A stretch of 64,000 bases of DNA, from assembly GCA_963828525.1 (NCBI GenBank), contig CAWHEP010000003.1:96001-160000 (forward strand). Direction: 5' to 3'. The notes under the pieces are model-generated. The model was not told where the DNA came from and searched no databases. It worked only from the letters and a program-made list of their open reading frames with translations. The stretch is from an uncultured Verrucomicrobiae bacterium. GTDB lineage: Bacteria; Verrucomicrobiota; Verrucomicrobiia; Chthoniobacterales; Chthoniobacteraceae. Of the stretch, positions 28,957 to 38,900 are shown piece after piece. The position numbers and the translations under genes are program-made. Position 1 is the first letter of the stretch. Each line of letters opens with the position of its first letter.

Positions 28957-30119
28957 TTACGGCATTAAAAAATCTGGGAGGCCAAACGGCTCTGGATCCC
29001 CGGGCGAAACAGAAGTGCCCCCTTCGAAACCTGGGCTTAAGGGCATCCAAGGTAGACCTTGGGGCGGGAATGGCCCCAATTCGGGGATGCCAGCCCTCTT
29101 AGCCTTTGGCGGACAGCCGCCGTCTGCTCCACGGTCGCCTGCATTACGTTTGTCTTGTTTACGTCTGGCTTCCTCCTCTTGCCGAACGCTCGAAGGCGGT
29201 CTGGACTGGGGGCCCGGATCGGTCGGATTCATCAGATTGTGGAGCCACAGTCCGAGTGCCGTGACGTATCCAGCTATATCCTGCCTCCAATCCAGCCCCA
29301 GAGGGTCTATACGATTTAGCGGATTGTTGCCAACATACCCATACAGATTGACTCCCCCGTCCTCCCCAATCGGATCGCGGCTGATCCACCTTCCCAAATC
29401 AGCGTTGTAGGCGCGATATAAGGTCAGGGCGAGGTGGCTCGGCGCGTGCAGGTAATCTCCCGTGAATCCGAAATCCGCCTCCATGCTTCCGCTGAGTTTT
29501 GTCCGCCTGCCGTAGGGGTCGTAGCTGTAACGCGCCTGGATCACCCCTGAACTGTCCGTCAACTCTCGTATGGAGCCGAGATGATCGCGGGTATAGAAGT
29601 AGTTCGATCCGGAAAGCTGCATTCCCTGCGGGTAGTAGCGCCTGGTGACGTTGTTGGAGGCGTCGCGTTCCTCGCAGATCTCCGTGCCGCACCAGAGCAG
29701 GTTTTTCGTGCTGATGACCGCGCCGTTGCTTTTCTCAACAATCTTGACTCTCCGGCTTAAGCCATCGTAGGTGAATTCAGAACGCAGGTTTCCAGGTTCG
29801 TTGACGGCGGTGAGCCGGTTGGCGGCATCCCACTCGTAAGTCTGCGCTCCGTCGTTTAGGAGGTTGCCGTCGGGATCATAGGTGAGGGTCTCATTTGTTC
29901 CGCGCGTGGCAACGATCTGCCATGTGTGCGTCGTCGTGTTACCCGCGGCGTCTTTGGCCTGATATGGATATTGTTCGTGCCGGTGGTGGCCGTGATCGTG
30001 CCCGCCAAGGGATTGGACGCGGGATTCAAGCCGGATGATACCCGGGCTGCGTCTCCGACACCGCGCCGCCCTAGCGGAGATCTCTCGGTCAGGCGCTCGA
30101 CAGTCCCGTTGAAATGCAC
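28957..30119 (-). CDS. Orphan Rhs cassette 3: leader, Rhs core and Pro-rich tip (apparent frameshift near 29960)
   Basis: Core nearly identical to the lead Rhs; DPLGL followed by a unique C-terminus of about 110 aa. Confidence 0.75.
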
Positions 30120-30305
30120 AGGGATGTTCTGCCAGAACACAGGCAGAACGGCAAATTCCAATCGGAAGGCGCTTTCGCGCTTTGACACTTCCTGCCGAGC
30201 CTGTTTATTCGTGCCTGTCGGCAGGCCCGACCCATCGAAGATGGAATGACGGCATACGAGACGCAAATATCAAGGAACAAACGCTCACCCTTTAGCCTTT
30301 TCCCG
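29995..30305 (-). repeat. Inter-cassette leader element, copy B
   Basis: Homologous to copies A and C; contains the inverted repeat GTTCTGCC-N8-GGCAGAAC (30126-30149). Confidence 0.75.
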
Positions 30306-30372
30306 CATTTCATGGCTTCACTCTCAGCCGGCTAATCCGAAGAGATGGCAGCCTCACCCTTGAAGCCTCAGA

Positions 30373-30753
30373 TCACCGCTTCTTAACCCCTCTAAACGAG
30401 GCATGTTCCTGCAAGCAATAACAAACCGAAACAAAGACGGGAACTAGAAACAGAAGTCTACTTGTTGCATGAGCATATGTTTCCGTGTCAGGAGCGTCAT
30501 CCCACGCCGCCGGGCTGAGGACCGCAACAAAACATACGATTGCAAGCGACGAGAACACGAGCTTCCCCAAGATGTAACCATAGCGTGATCCGCTCGCAAG
30601 CAGGAAAACAATGCACGCGCTAGCAAAGGACACAACCAAGGCATAACCTCCTACAAGAATGCATCTGATGGATAGCGCGATCAGCCCAGCGACAGCGAGA
30701 ATAGTACCCGCGGTAACCAACGTTTCCTTCCAAGTGCGTGTGAATAGAAACAT
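30373..30753 (-). CDS. Candidate immunity protein for cassette 2 (about four TM)
   Basis: GGAAGG-preceded ATG 13 bp after the toxin stop; strongly hydrophobic and low GC. Confidence 0.7.
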   Translation of the reverse strand: MFLFTRTWKETLVTAGTILAVAGLIALSIRCILVGGYALVVSFASACIVFLLASGSRYGYILGKLVFSSLAIVCFVAVLSPAAWDDAPDTETYAHATSRLLFLVPVFVSVCYCLQEHASFRGVKKR

Positions 30754-30766
30754 TCGCCTTCCGCAA

Positions 30767-31981
30767 TCAGGGGCCTGTAGCAGGAGGGACACCTGGCCCC
30801 GGCGGAGGTGGGTTCCCGCTTGGATTGTAGCTATATCCTATACCTTCATACCCAGCAGCTACCTCGCTGAGAGACGGGCTCGAGAAGCTGGATGGGAGCT
30901 GACCGACACTATCTAGTGCGGCCTTTACTCCAGAGTAGGCGGGGGTTGCGATAGCCATGGAAACAGCACCCAGTATGCCATAGCCATCTGCTGACGACAT
31001 GAATGCCGAAAACATGAAGTGTTCAGCGTCTCGGAGTGCGTCGCAGCGCGGGTTGTTTGCACGCTGGTTTTTCAAATCGATCCAAGCGCTGTTCAGACTT
31101 CCGCCAGCCTGTTGCAGGGCATACTGTGCGATATTCCACGCTGCGTCGGAAAGCAACCCCAATAAGTCTCCAACAGCTATTGGGTTATTCTCAACATATG
31201 CGTAAAGATTGACTCCCCCGTCCTCCCCGATTGGGTCGCGGCTGATCCACCTTCCAAGGTCAGGGTTGTAAGCGCGATATAGAGTCAGGGCCAGGCTGCT
31301 CGGGACGTGCCAGTAGTCACCTGTAAAGCCGAAATTCGCCGCAAGGGTGCCGCTGAGCTTTGTACGCCTGCCGTAGGGGTCGTAGCTGTATCGCGCCTGG
31401 ATCGTGCCCGTGCTGTCGGTCAGTTCGCGAACTGATCCGAGATGATCCCGTGTATAAAAGTAGTTTGATCCGGAAAGCTGCATTCCCTGGGGATAGTAGC
31501 GCCTGGTTACGTTGTTAGAGGCATCGCGTTCCTCGAAGATTTCCGTGCCGCACCAGAGCAGGTTCTTCGTGCTGGTGACAGCGCCGTTGCTTTTCTCAAC
31601 AATCTTGACTCTCCGGCTTAAGCCATCGTAGGTGAATTCAGAGCGCAAGTTTCCGGGTTCGTTGACGGCGGTGAGCCGGTTCGCGGCATCCCACTCGTAA
31701 GTCTGGGTTCCGTCGTTTAGCAGGTTGCCGTCGGGGTCGTAGGTGAGGGTCTGGTTTGTTCCGCTCGTGGCGACAACCTGCCATGTATGCGTGGTCGTGT
31801 TACCCGCGGCATCCTTGGCGGTGATCTGGATATTGTTCGTGCCGGTGGTGGCCGTGATCGTGCCCGCCAGGGGGTGGGGCACAGGATTTAAGCCGGATGG
31901 TACTTGGGCTGCGTCTCCCACTCGGCTCCGCCATGGCGGGGCGCTCCATTTCAGGCGCTCGACAGTCCAGTTAGAATGCAC
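30767..31981 (-). CDS. Orphan Rhs cassette 2: leader, Rhs core and helical hydrophobic tip
   Basis: Intact 404-aa ORF from GTG; Rhs-core motifs; DLLGL followed by a unique tip with LRDAEH and TPAYSGVK. Confidence 0.8.
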   Translation of the reverse strand: MHSNWTVERLKWSAPPWRSRVGDAAQVPSGLNPVPHPLAGTITATTGTNNIQITAKDAAGNTTTHTWQVVATSGTNQTLTYDPDGNLLNDGTQTYEWDAANRLTAVNEPGNLRSEFTYDGLSRRVKIVEKSNGAVTSTKNLLWCGTEIFEERDASNNVTRRYYPQGMQLSGSNYFYTRDHLGSVRELTDSTGTIQARYSYDPYGRRTKLSGTLAANFGFTGDYWHVPSSLALTLYRAYNPDLGRWISRDPIGEDGGVNLYAYVENNPIAVGDLLGLLSDAAWNIAQYALQQAGGSLNSAWIDLKNQRANNPRCDALRDAEHFMFSAFMSSADGYGILGAVSMAIATPAYSGVKAALDSVGQLPSSFSSPSLSEVAAGYEGIGYSYNPSGNPPPPGPGVPPATGP

Positions 31982-31993
31982 AGCGATGTTCTG
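31857..31993 (-). repeat. Inter-cassette leader element, copy C (short)
   Basis: Ungapped alignment with copy B over about 135 bp; ends at the stop codon of the upstream immunity gene. Confidence 0.75.
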
Positions 31994-32359
31994 TTACTTC
32001 CGGCCGCACCATGCCGCCAAGCTTCCGAATAAGACAACCAATGGGAAAAAGACAAAGCTTGCGCGCCGTGCAATCTTTTGCCACCGCCGAAATTCGATAA
32101 TTATGTCGGATGCGCCCGCAAGCCACGCAGGGTCATCACGTAGCGAAGACATATCAAGCCACCCAGGTTGGAACGGATGAAGTACCCGTCCTGGAGGAGC
32201 CCAACACCATCCCGTCGGTTTACCCAGACTTTCCCATAGTTCACGATGTGAATTATAGAGTTTTTTCAACATTCGGTCTATCAGTATATTGGCATGAATC
32301 GAGGATATAATAAATCCTAGACTCGCAATCACAGCGCACACCAAAAAGCTTGTCTCCAT
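31994..32359 (-). CDS. Candidate immunity protein for the lead Rhs tip (two TM)
   Basis: N- and C-terminal TM helices, internal LWESLGKP; ATG 6 bp after the corrected toxin stop. Confidence 0.72.
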   Translation of the reverse strand: METSFLVCAVIASLGFIISSIHANILIDRMLKKLYNSHRELWESLGKPTGWCWAPPGRVLHPFQPGWLDMSSLRDDPAWLAGASDIIIEFRRWQKIARRASFVFFPLVVLFGSLAAWCGRK

Positions 32360-32365
32360 GGGCCA

Positions 32366-34270
32366 TTACCAGGTCCAGCCAGTACCGATAAATCCGCTAG
32401 CACCCAAGTTGCCATACCCCCCACTCGGAGACATAGCAGATCCGCCATCGGGGACAGCGGTCACCGAGCCGCCTGCCTGGGAAACCCCCGTACCGAAAGC
32501 TTGCAGAGCCGGTTACGCTGCCGTCTGAATTCACGTTCACCTCACCGCTCCCTCCCGCCACAAAGCCTCCAATACCGCCTGCAATTGTTAGTGGAGTCCA
32601 ACCCTTTTTTTTACAACCTTCGTCAGTAAGATCAAGCCCAATATTAGTCCCGAATCCTCCCCCGATACGGAGACTTAAATTCCACTGACCCGGACCATTA
32701 GCAAAGTCATTGTGTCCAAAAGAGAGATACAATCCCAAACCCCCAATCAGCGGACTGCCAAAGTAGGTAAACTGCCATAATCCCAATTCATCTATCGAAT
32801 TGCTTGGGTCGCTTCCAACGTATTCATATAGGTTGATCCCTCCACGTTCCGCGACGGGATCGCGGCTGATCCATCTTCCAAGGTCAGCGTTGTAGCCGCG
32901 ATATAAGCTCAGGGCGAGGTGGCTCGGCGCGTGCCAGTAATCTCCCGTGAATCCGAAGTCGGCAGCCATGCTTCCGCTGAGTTTTGTCCGCCTGCCGTAG
33001 GGGTCGTAGCTGTAACGCGCCTGGATCACCCCTGAACTGTCCGTCAACTCTCGTATGGAGCCGAGATGATCGCGGGTATAGAAGTAGTTCGATCCGGAAA
33101 GCTGCATTCCCTGCGGGTAGTAGCGTCTGGTGACGTTATTGGAGGCATCGCGTTCCTCGCAGATTTCCGTGCCGCACCAGAGCAGGTTCTTCGTGCTGGT
33201 GACAGCGCCGTTGCTTTTCTCAATAATCTTGACTCTCCGGCTTAAGCCATCGTAGGTGAATTCGGAACGCAGGTTTCCAGCTTCGTTGACGGCGGTGAGC
33301 CGGTTCGCGGCATCCCACTCGTAAGTCTGGGTTCCGTCGTTTAGCAGGTTGCCGTCGGGGTCGTAGGTGAGGGTCTGGTTTGTTCCGCTCGTGGCGACAA
33401 CCTGCCATGTATGCGTGGTCGTGTTACCCGCCGCGTCTTTGGCACTGATCTGGATATTGTTCGTGCCGGTGGTGGCCGTGACTGTTCCGACAAAGCTTGT
33501 GCCGCTGACAACGGCAGATGACGTGCCGTTGAGGGTGACTGCAGCCGGCTCGCTGAGGGTTCCAGCAACACGCAACGGGCCACCTGTTTGTCGGCTGACG
33601 AGTTGGTTTAGGGTGTTGTGCGACGCAGAGGTTACCCCAAGGTTGATCTGCTCACTCGTGCGGTTGCCTGCCGCATCGTAGCCGTAGTCGTAGCGGTTTA
33701 TGAGGGCCTGGGTCGCGGTGTTTGTAAGCGTAGCCTCGCTCAACTGATCGGCGGCATCGTTTAAGAGCGAATATGCGTTTGGAGTGGCGGCGTCAGTCTG
33801 CTGCGTCCAAGTGGTGATGTCCCCGTTTGGCGCGTAGGTGTAATCGAACTTTGAGATAACTGCCCCCGCGCTGTTGAGGTTGCTGATGTCCTGAAGGCGT
33901 GGATCGGCGGGAAGCGGGAAATAGGTGTACGTGGTGCTTTGACCGTTTGGATACGACAGGGAAGTCACCCGTGGCGTGGCGGCCTGATATCCGTAGGTGA
34001 AGCTCCCCAGTGGGTTCGCGACGCCGCTTACGCGGGCCAGGGCGTCATAAGCCGTGGTGCTTACCGAGGCATTGATCGAGCGGGTAACGACCTTTCCCCG
34101 TTCATCGTAACCATAGGCCAGAGTCGAACTGCCGAGCGGACCCGCCTCGGTCGCTTCCCGACCCGCTCCTGTCGTGGGAGCCGGGTTCCACGGGCTGGCG
34201 TATGGAAGGTATGGGTTGTAAGTGTAGCCTGTCATGCCGGTTCCATCCTGCATCGATGTGACCCGGTTGT
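32366..34270 (-). CDS. 5'-truncated Rhs/YD-repeat protein with internal Ig-like insert and Gly-rich tip (apparent frameshift near 32497)
   Basis: YD repeats (YGYDERG, YDALAR, YGYDAAGNR), Rhs core, DELGL. The corrected frame ends SGFIGTGWTW* at 32366. Homology begins mid-repeat at about 34270. Confidence 0.82.
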
Positions 34271-34445
34271 GAATATCCGACCTATCGTCTTTCCGACAGT
34301 GGCGGCCCGCGAGGAGCGGACAAACGCGCTTCCCAACCTGAGCAGGGCCGGGATCGTAAAGGCTCTGATCGCCCGACATGTGAAATTCATCTGTTCCAGT
34401 CGCGACCGAGACACCGCCGCCGAACCAATTCGGGAGTCAGGCTCG

Positions 34446-35930
34446 CTACGACAGGTCGGTCGTGCCCATCAGATACCGGTCGCACTCCCGCGCGGCGCCG
34501 CGGCCTTCGTTAAAGGCCCAAACCACCAGGCTCTGGCCGCGCCGGCAGTCGCCCGCGGCGAAGACACCGGGTATGCTGGTGGTGTATTTGTTGTGTTCAG
34601 CTTTGATGTTGGTACGCCCGTCGCGCTCGATGTTTAGCGCGTCCAACAGCGGCTGCTCAGGACCCAGAAAACCCATGGCCAGCAGAACGAGTTGCGCCGG
34701 AACTACCTTCTCGGTTCCAGGTACATTGTTGGGCGTAAACTGCCCCTTTTCATTCCTCTCCCAACGCACTTCGACGGTGTGGACAGCTTTTACATGGCCA
34801 TGATCGTCGCCTTCAAACTTGGTGGCGGTTGTGAGATAAACGCGCGGGTCAGCGCCGAACTTGGCTGCCGCCTCTTCCTGGCCATAGTCCATCTTGTAAA
34901 CCTTGGGCCATTCAGGCCATGGATTGTCACCAGCACGGTCGATGGGAGGCTTCGGAAGAATTTCTACTTGAACCAGACTGCCACAACCGTGGCGCATGGA
35001 GGTTCCCACGCAATCAGTCCCTGTGTCTCCACCGCCGATGATTACGACGTCCCGCTCCTTTGCGGAGATGTACGCGCCGTTCGTTTTCAAATCGAGGAGT
35101 GAGCGGGTGTTCGCTGTGAGGAATTCCATCGCGAAATGAATACCCTTAAGCTGGCGGCCCTCGATGGGAAGATCACGCGGCTTGGTTGCGCCAGTGCAGA
35201 TGACCACAGCGTCGAAATCGGCCAGCAGCTTTTCAGCGGGAATGTCCTTGCCGATCTCCGTGCCGCAAACAAATTCGATCCCCTCCCCCTCCATTTGCCG
35301 GATGCGGCGCATAAGCACCTTCTCCTTGTCGAGTTTCATGTTTGGAATGCCGTACATGAGAAGACCGCCTGGACGATCCGCGCGCTCGAAGACAGTCACG
35401 AGATGACCGGCTCGGTTTAACTGAGCGGCCGCGCAAAGACCCGCGGGTCCCGACCCCACGACAGCCACACGTTTTCCAGTCCGGCGCTCGGGGGGATCAG
35501 CGACAATCCAGTTCTCTTCCCACCCTCGATCCGCGATGGCTGACTCGATGTTTTTGATCGTGACGGGAGGGGCGTTGATGCCGAGGACACAGGACCCTTC
35601 GCACGGAGCAGGGCAAACGCGTCCGGTGAATTCCGGGAAGTTATTCGTCTTGTGGAGGCGGTCGAGAGCTTCTTTCCAAAGACCGCGATAAACGAGATCG
35701 TTCCATTCCGGGATGAGGTTGTTGATCGGGCAACCGCTGGCCATGCCGCTAATGAGGGTGCCCGTGTGGCAGAATGGGATGCCGCAATCCATGCACCGCG
35801 AGCCTTGGGTGCGGAGCTTATCCTCCTGCATGTGGAGGTGGAACTCACCCCAATCCCGCACGCGCTCAAGTGGCTGGCGATCCACGGGGAGTTCCCGGAA
35901 GTAGTCGATGAAGCCTGTAGGTTTACCCAT
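34446..35930 (-). CDS. gltD: Glutamate synthase small subunit
   Basis: [53 protein letters not shown]. Confidence 0.97.
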   Translation of the reverse strand: MGKPTGFIDYFRELPVDRQPLERVRDWGEFHLHMQEDKLRTQGSRCMDCGIPFCHTGTLISGMASGCPINNLIPEWNDLVYRGLWKEALDRLHKTNNFPEFTGRVCPAPCEGSCVLGINAPPVTIKNIESAIADRGWEENWIVADPPERRTGKRVAVVGSGPAGLCAAAQLNRAGHLVTVFERADRPGGLLMYGIPNMKLDKEKVLMRRIRQMEGEGIEFVCGTEIGKDIPAEKLLADFDAVVICTGATKPRDLPIEGRQLKGIHFAMEFLTANTRSLLDLKTNGAYISAKERDVVIIGGGDTGTDCVGTSMRHGCGSLVQVEILPKPPIDRAGDNPWPEWPKVYKMDYGQEEAAAKFGADPRVYLTTATKFEGDDHGHVKAVHTVEVRWERNEKGQFTPNNVPGTEKVVPAQLVLLAMGFLGPEQPLLDALNIERDGRTNIKAEHNKYTTSIPGVFAAGDCRRGQSLVVWAFNEGRGAARECDRYLMGTTDLS

Positions 35931-35960
35931 TTCTTTATCCCCTTTTTCTTACGATGGCGC

Positions 35961-38900
35961 CTAGCTTCCCCCGATCCGCGCCACGTCGCGCGCATTCGCC
36001 TCGAAGGCGGCATTCATCGCGTCATCGCCACTGAGGCCATCCTGCTCCGCTTTTTTCAGCGCGTTAAGAACGCGTTTGTAGTCTTTCGGCATCACCTTCA
36101 CGAATTTAGGAATCATTTCGTCCCATAAAGCGAGCACCTTGAAAGCTTTCTTGCTGTGGGTGTAATCCGCGTGACGCTTTACAGCCAGTCGCACGTCTTC
36201 CGCTTCGTCGGCGGTCATCTCTTCCAACCCAACCATCTGTTGGTTGCAGCGCGTGATGAAGTCGCCCGCTTCATCGAGGATGTATGCCACCCCGCCACTC
36301 ATGCCAGCCGCGAAGTTTCGTCCGGTGGCGCCAAGCACGATGACGCGACCGCCCGTCATATATTCGCAGCCATGATCCCCGACAGCCTCGACCACAGCGT
36401 TGGCGCCGGAGTTGCGCACGGCAAAGCGTTCACCCGCCATTCCGCTGAAATACACTTCTCCCCTCGTCGCGCCATAAAGCGCAACATTGCCGATAAGGAT
36501 GTTTTCCTCCGCGACGAAGGTTGATTCACGGGGGGGATAGATAATGATCTTCCCTCCGCTAAGCCCTTTGCCAACGTAATCGTTCGCGTCCCCTTCGATC
36601 TCGAGAGTGACTCCGCGCGGGATAAATGCCCCGAAGCTCTGTCCGGCGCTGCCCTTGAAGCGGAGACGCACGGTATCCTCCGGCAAGCCATCCCGGTGAC
36701 GCTTTGTGATCTCGTTGCCAAGTATGGTGCCGACGACGCGGTTTACGTTAATGATGTCGAGCGAAGCCTCGACCTTTTCACCGTGTTCGATGGCAGGTTT
36801 GCAAATTTCCAGCAGCCTGGTGATATCGAGCGACTTATCCAATCCATGATCCTGAGGAATCTGACAATAGCGTCCCACTTCAGGACCTGCCTCCGGCTGG
36901 TAAAGAATCTTTGAGAAATCGATCCCCCTGGCTTTCCAGTGTTCGATGGCCTTCTTCGGCTCAAGAATGTCGGTGCGTCCAACCATCTCGTTGATTGTCT
37001 TGAATCCCAGCTGCGCCATCAATTCACGGACTTCCTGAGCAATGAAGCGCATGAAGTTCACCGTGTGCTGAGGATCACCGGTGAAGTTTTTCCGCAGGCG
37101 CGGATCTTGAGTCGCGACTCCCACGGGACAGGTGTTCAAATGGCACACGCGCATCATGATGCATCCCAGCGTCACAAGCGGAGCTGTCGCGAAGCCGAAC
37201 TCCTCGGCGCCCAGCAGCGCGGCTATGATCACGTCCCGGCCGGTCTTTAATTGCCCGTCGGCCTCCACAGCGATGCGGCTGCGGAGATTGTTGAGGACCA
37301 GCGTCTGGTGCGTCTCAGCAAGGCCCAACTCCCAGGGCAACCCGGCATGTTTGATCGAGGTTTGGGCTGAAGCTCCGGTGCCGCCGTCAAATCCGCTGAT
37401 AAGCACGACATCGGCATGCGCTTTTGCGACGCCCGCCGCTATCGTTCCAACGCCGACCTCCGAGACCAGCTTTACGCTGACACGCGCTTCGCGGTTGGCA
37501 TTTTTCAAGTCATGGATCAGTTCCGCCAAATCCTCAATTGAATAGATATCGTGATGCGGCGGTGGCGAGATGAGACCCACTCCGGGAGTGGAATAGCGCA
37601 CCTTTGCGATCCAGGGGTAAACCTTCGTGCCGGGCAACTGACCGCCTTCGCCTGGTTTGGCGCCCTGCGCCATCTTGATCTGCAGTTCGCTTGCCTTCGA
37701 AAGGTAGAGACTCGTTACGCCGAAGCGCCCCGAGGCCACCTGCTTGATCGCGCTATTCTTCGAATCTCCCTTGTCGTTTGTCCACGTGTATCGGTCCGGG
37801 TCTTCTCCGCCTTCACCCGTGTTTGATTTGCCGCCAATCCGATTCATGGCGATGGCGAGGGCCTCATGGGCTTCCTTTGAGATCGAGCCGTAACTCATCG
37901 CCCCTGTCTTGAACCGCTTCAGGATGGCATCAATGGATTCCACCTCATCAATGAGAACCGGGTCGCGCTCCTTGAAATCGAGGAGGCCTCGTAATGTGTA
38001 GTGGGCGCGCCCCTGCTCGTTCACGAGCGCGGCGTATTCCTGAAAAGCCTTATAGCTGTTAGCGCGAACCGCTCTCTGCAAAGCGTGAATCGTTTGCGGG
38101 CTGAAGAGATGCATCTCCCCTTCCTTGCGCCACTGGTATTCACCGCCAGCGTCCAGCGCATGCCCATTCACCTGGCGATCCGGGAACGCATGGTTGTGCC
38201 GTTCAAGCACTTCCCTGGCCAAGACCCCGATGTCAGCGCCTTCGATGCGCGACGCTGTCCATGAGAAGTACTTTTCAACGATGGCATGGTTGAGTCCGAC
38301 GCATTCGAACACCTGGGCGCCGCGATAGCTCTGGATCGTGGAAATGCCGATCTTGGAAGCCACCTTGATGACGCCCTTCGTAGCGGCCTTCACAAAATTC
38401 TTACAAGCGGTCTTGTGGTCGACGTTAACAAGCAAGCCCTGCCGGATCATGTCATCCAACGTTTCGAAAGCGAGATACGGGTTAATAGCCCCGCATCCAT
38501 AGCCGATGAGCATCGCGAAGTGATGCACCTCGCGCGGCTCACCCGATTCCAGCACAATGCCAACGCGTGTCCGCTTGCCTTCACGGATGAGGTGGTGATG
38601 AAGTCCAGCGACCGCCAGGAGAGCGGGAATCGCGGCGTTGTCCTTATCCACACCGCGATCCGAAAGAATGATGATATTCGCGCCATCGGAGACAGACCGG
38701 CTGCCTTGGGCGCAAATGTCGTCAATCGCTTTCTCGAAACCGTTCACCCCCTCCCTGGGGTTGAAGAGAATGGGAATCGTAACCGATTTAAACTCGCCCT
38801 GAGCCACAAACTTCAGCTTTGCGAGTTCCTCGTTTGTGAGGATGGGCGTCTTTAACTCGATGAGGTGGCAACTCTCCGGGCGGGGGCTGAGCAGATTCCC

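Noticed and set aside
30125..30139. Verrucomicrobial LexA box (TGTTC-N4-GAACA)
   Set aside because: The spacer here is 5 nt, not 4, and copy A is degenerate.
26113..34270. CRISPR array, integron cassette array or diversity-generating retroelement as an explanation of the repeats
   Set aside because: The repeats are long coding Rhs segments. There is no short repeat-spacer periodicity, no attC core sites, no integrase or reverse transcriptase, and no adenine-specific variation.
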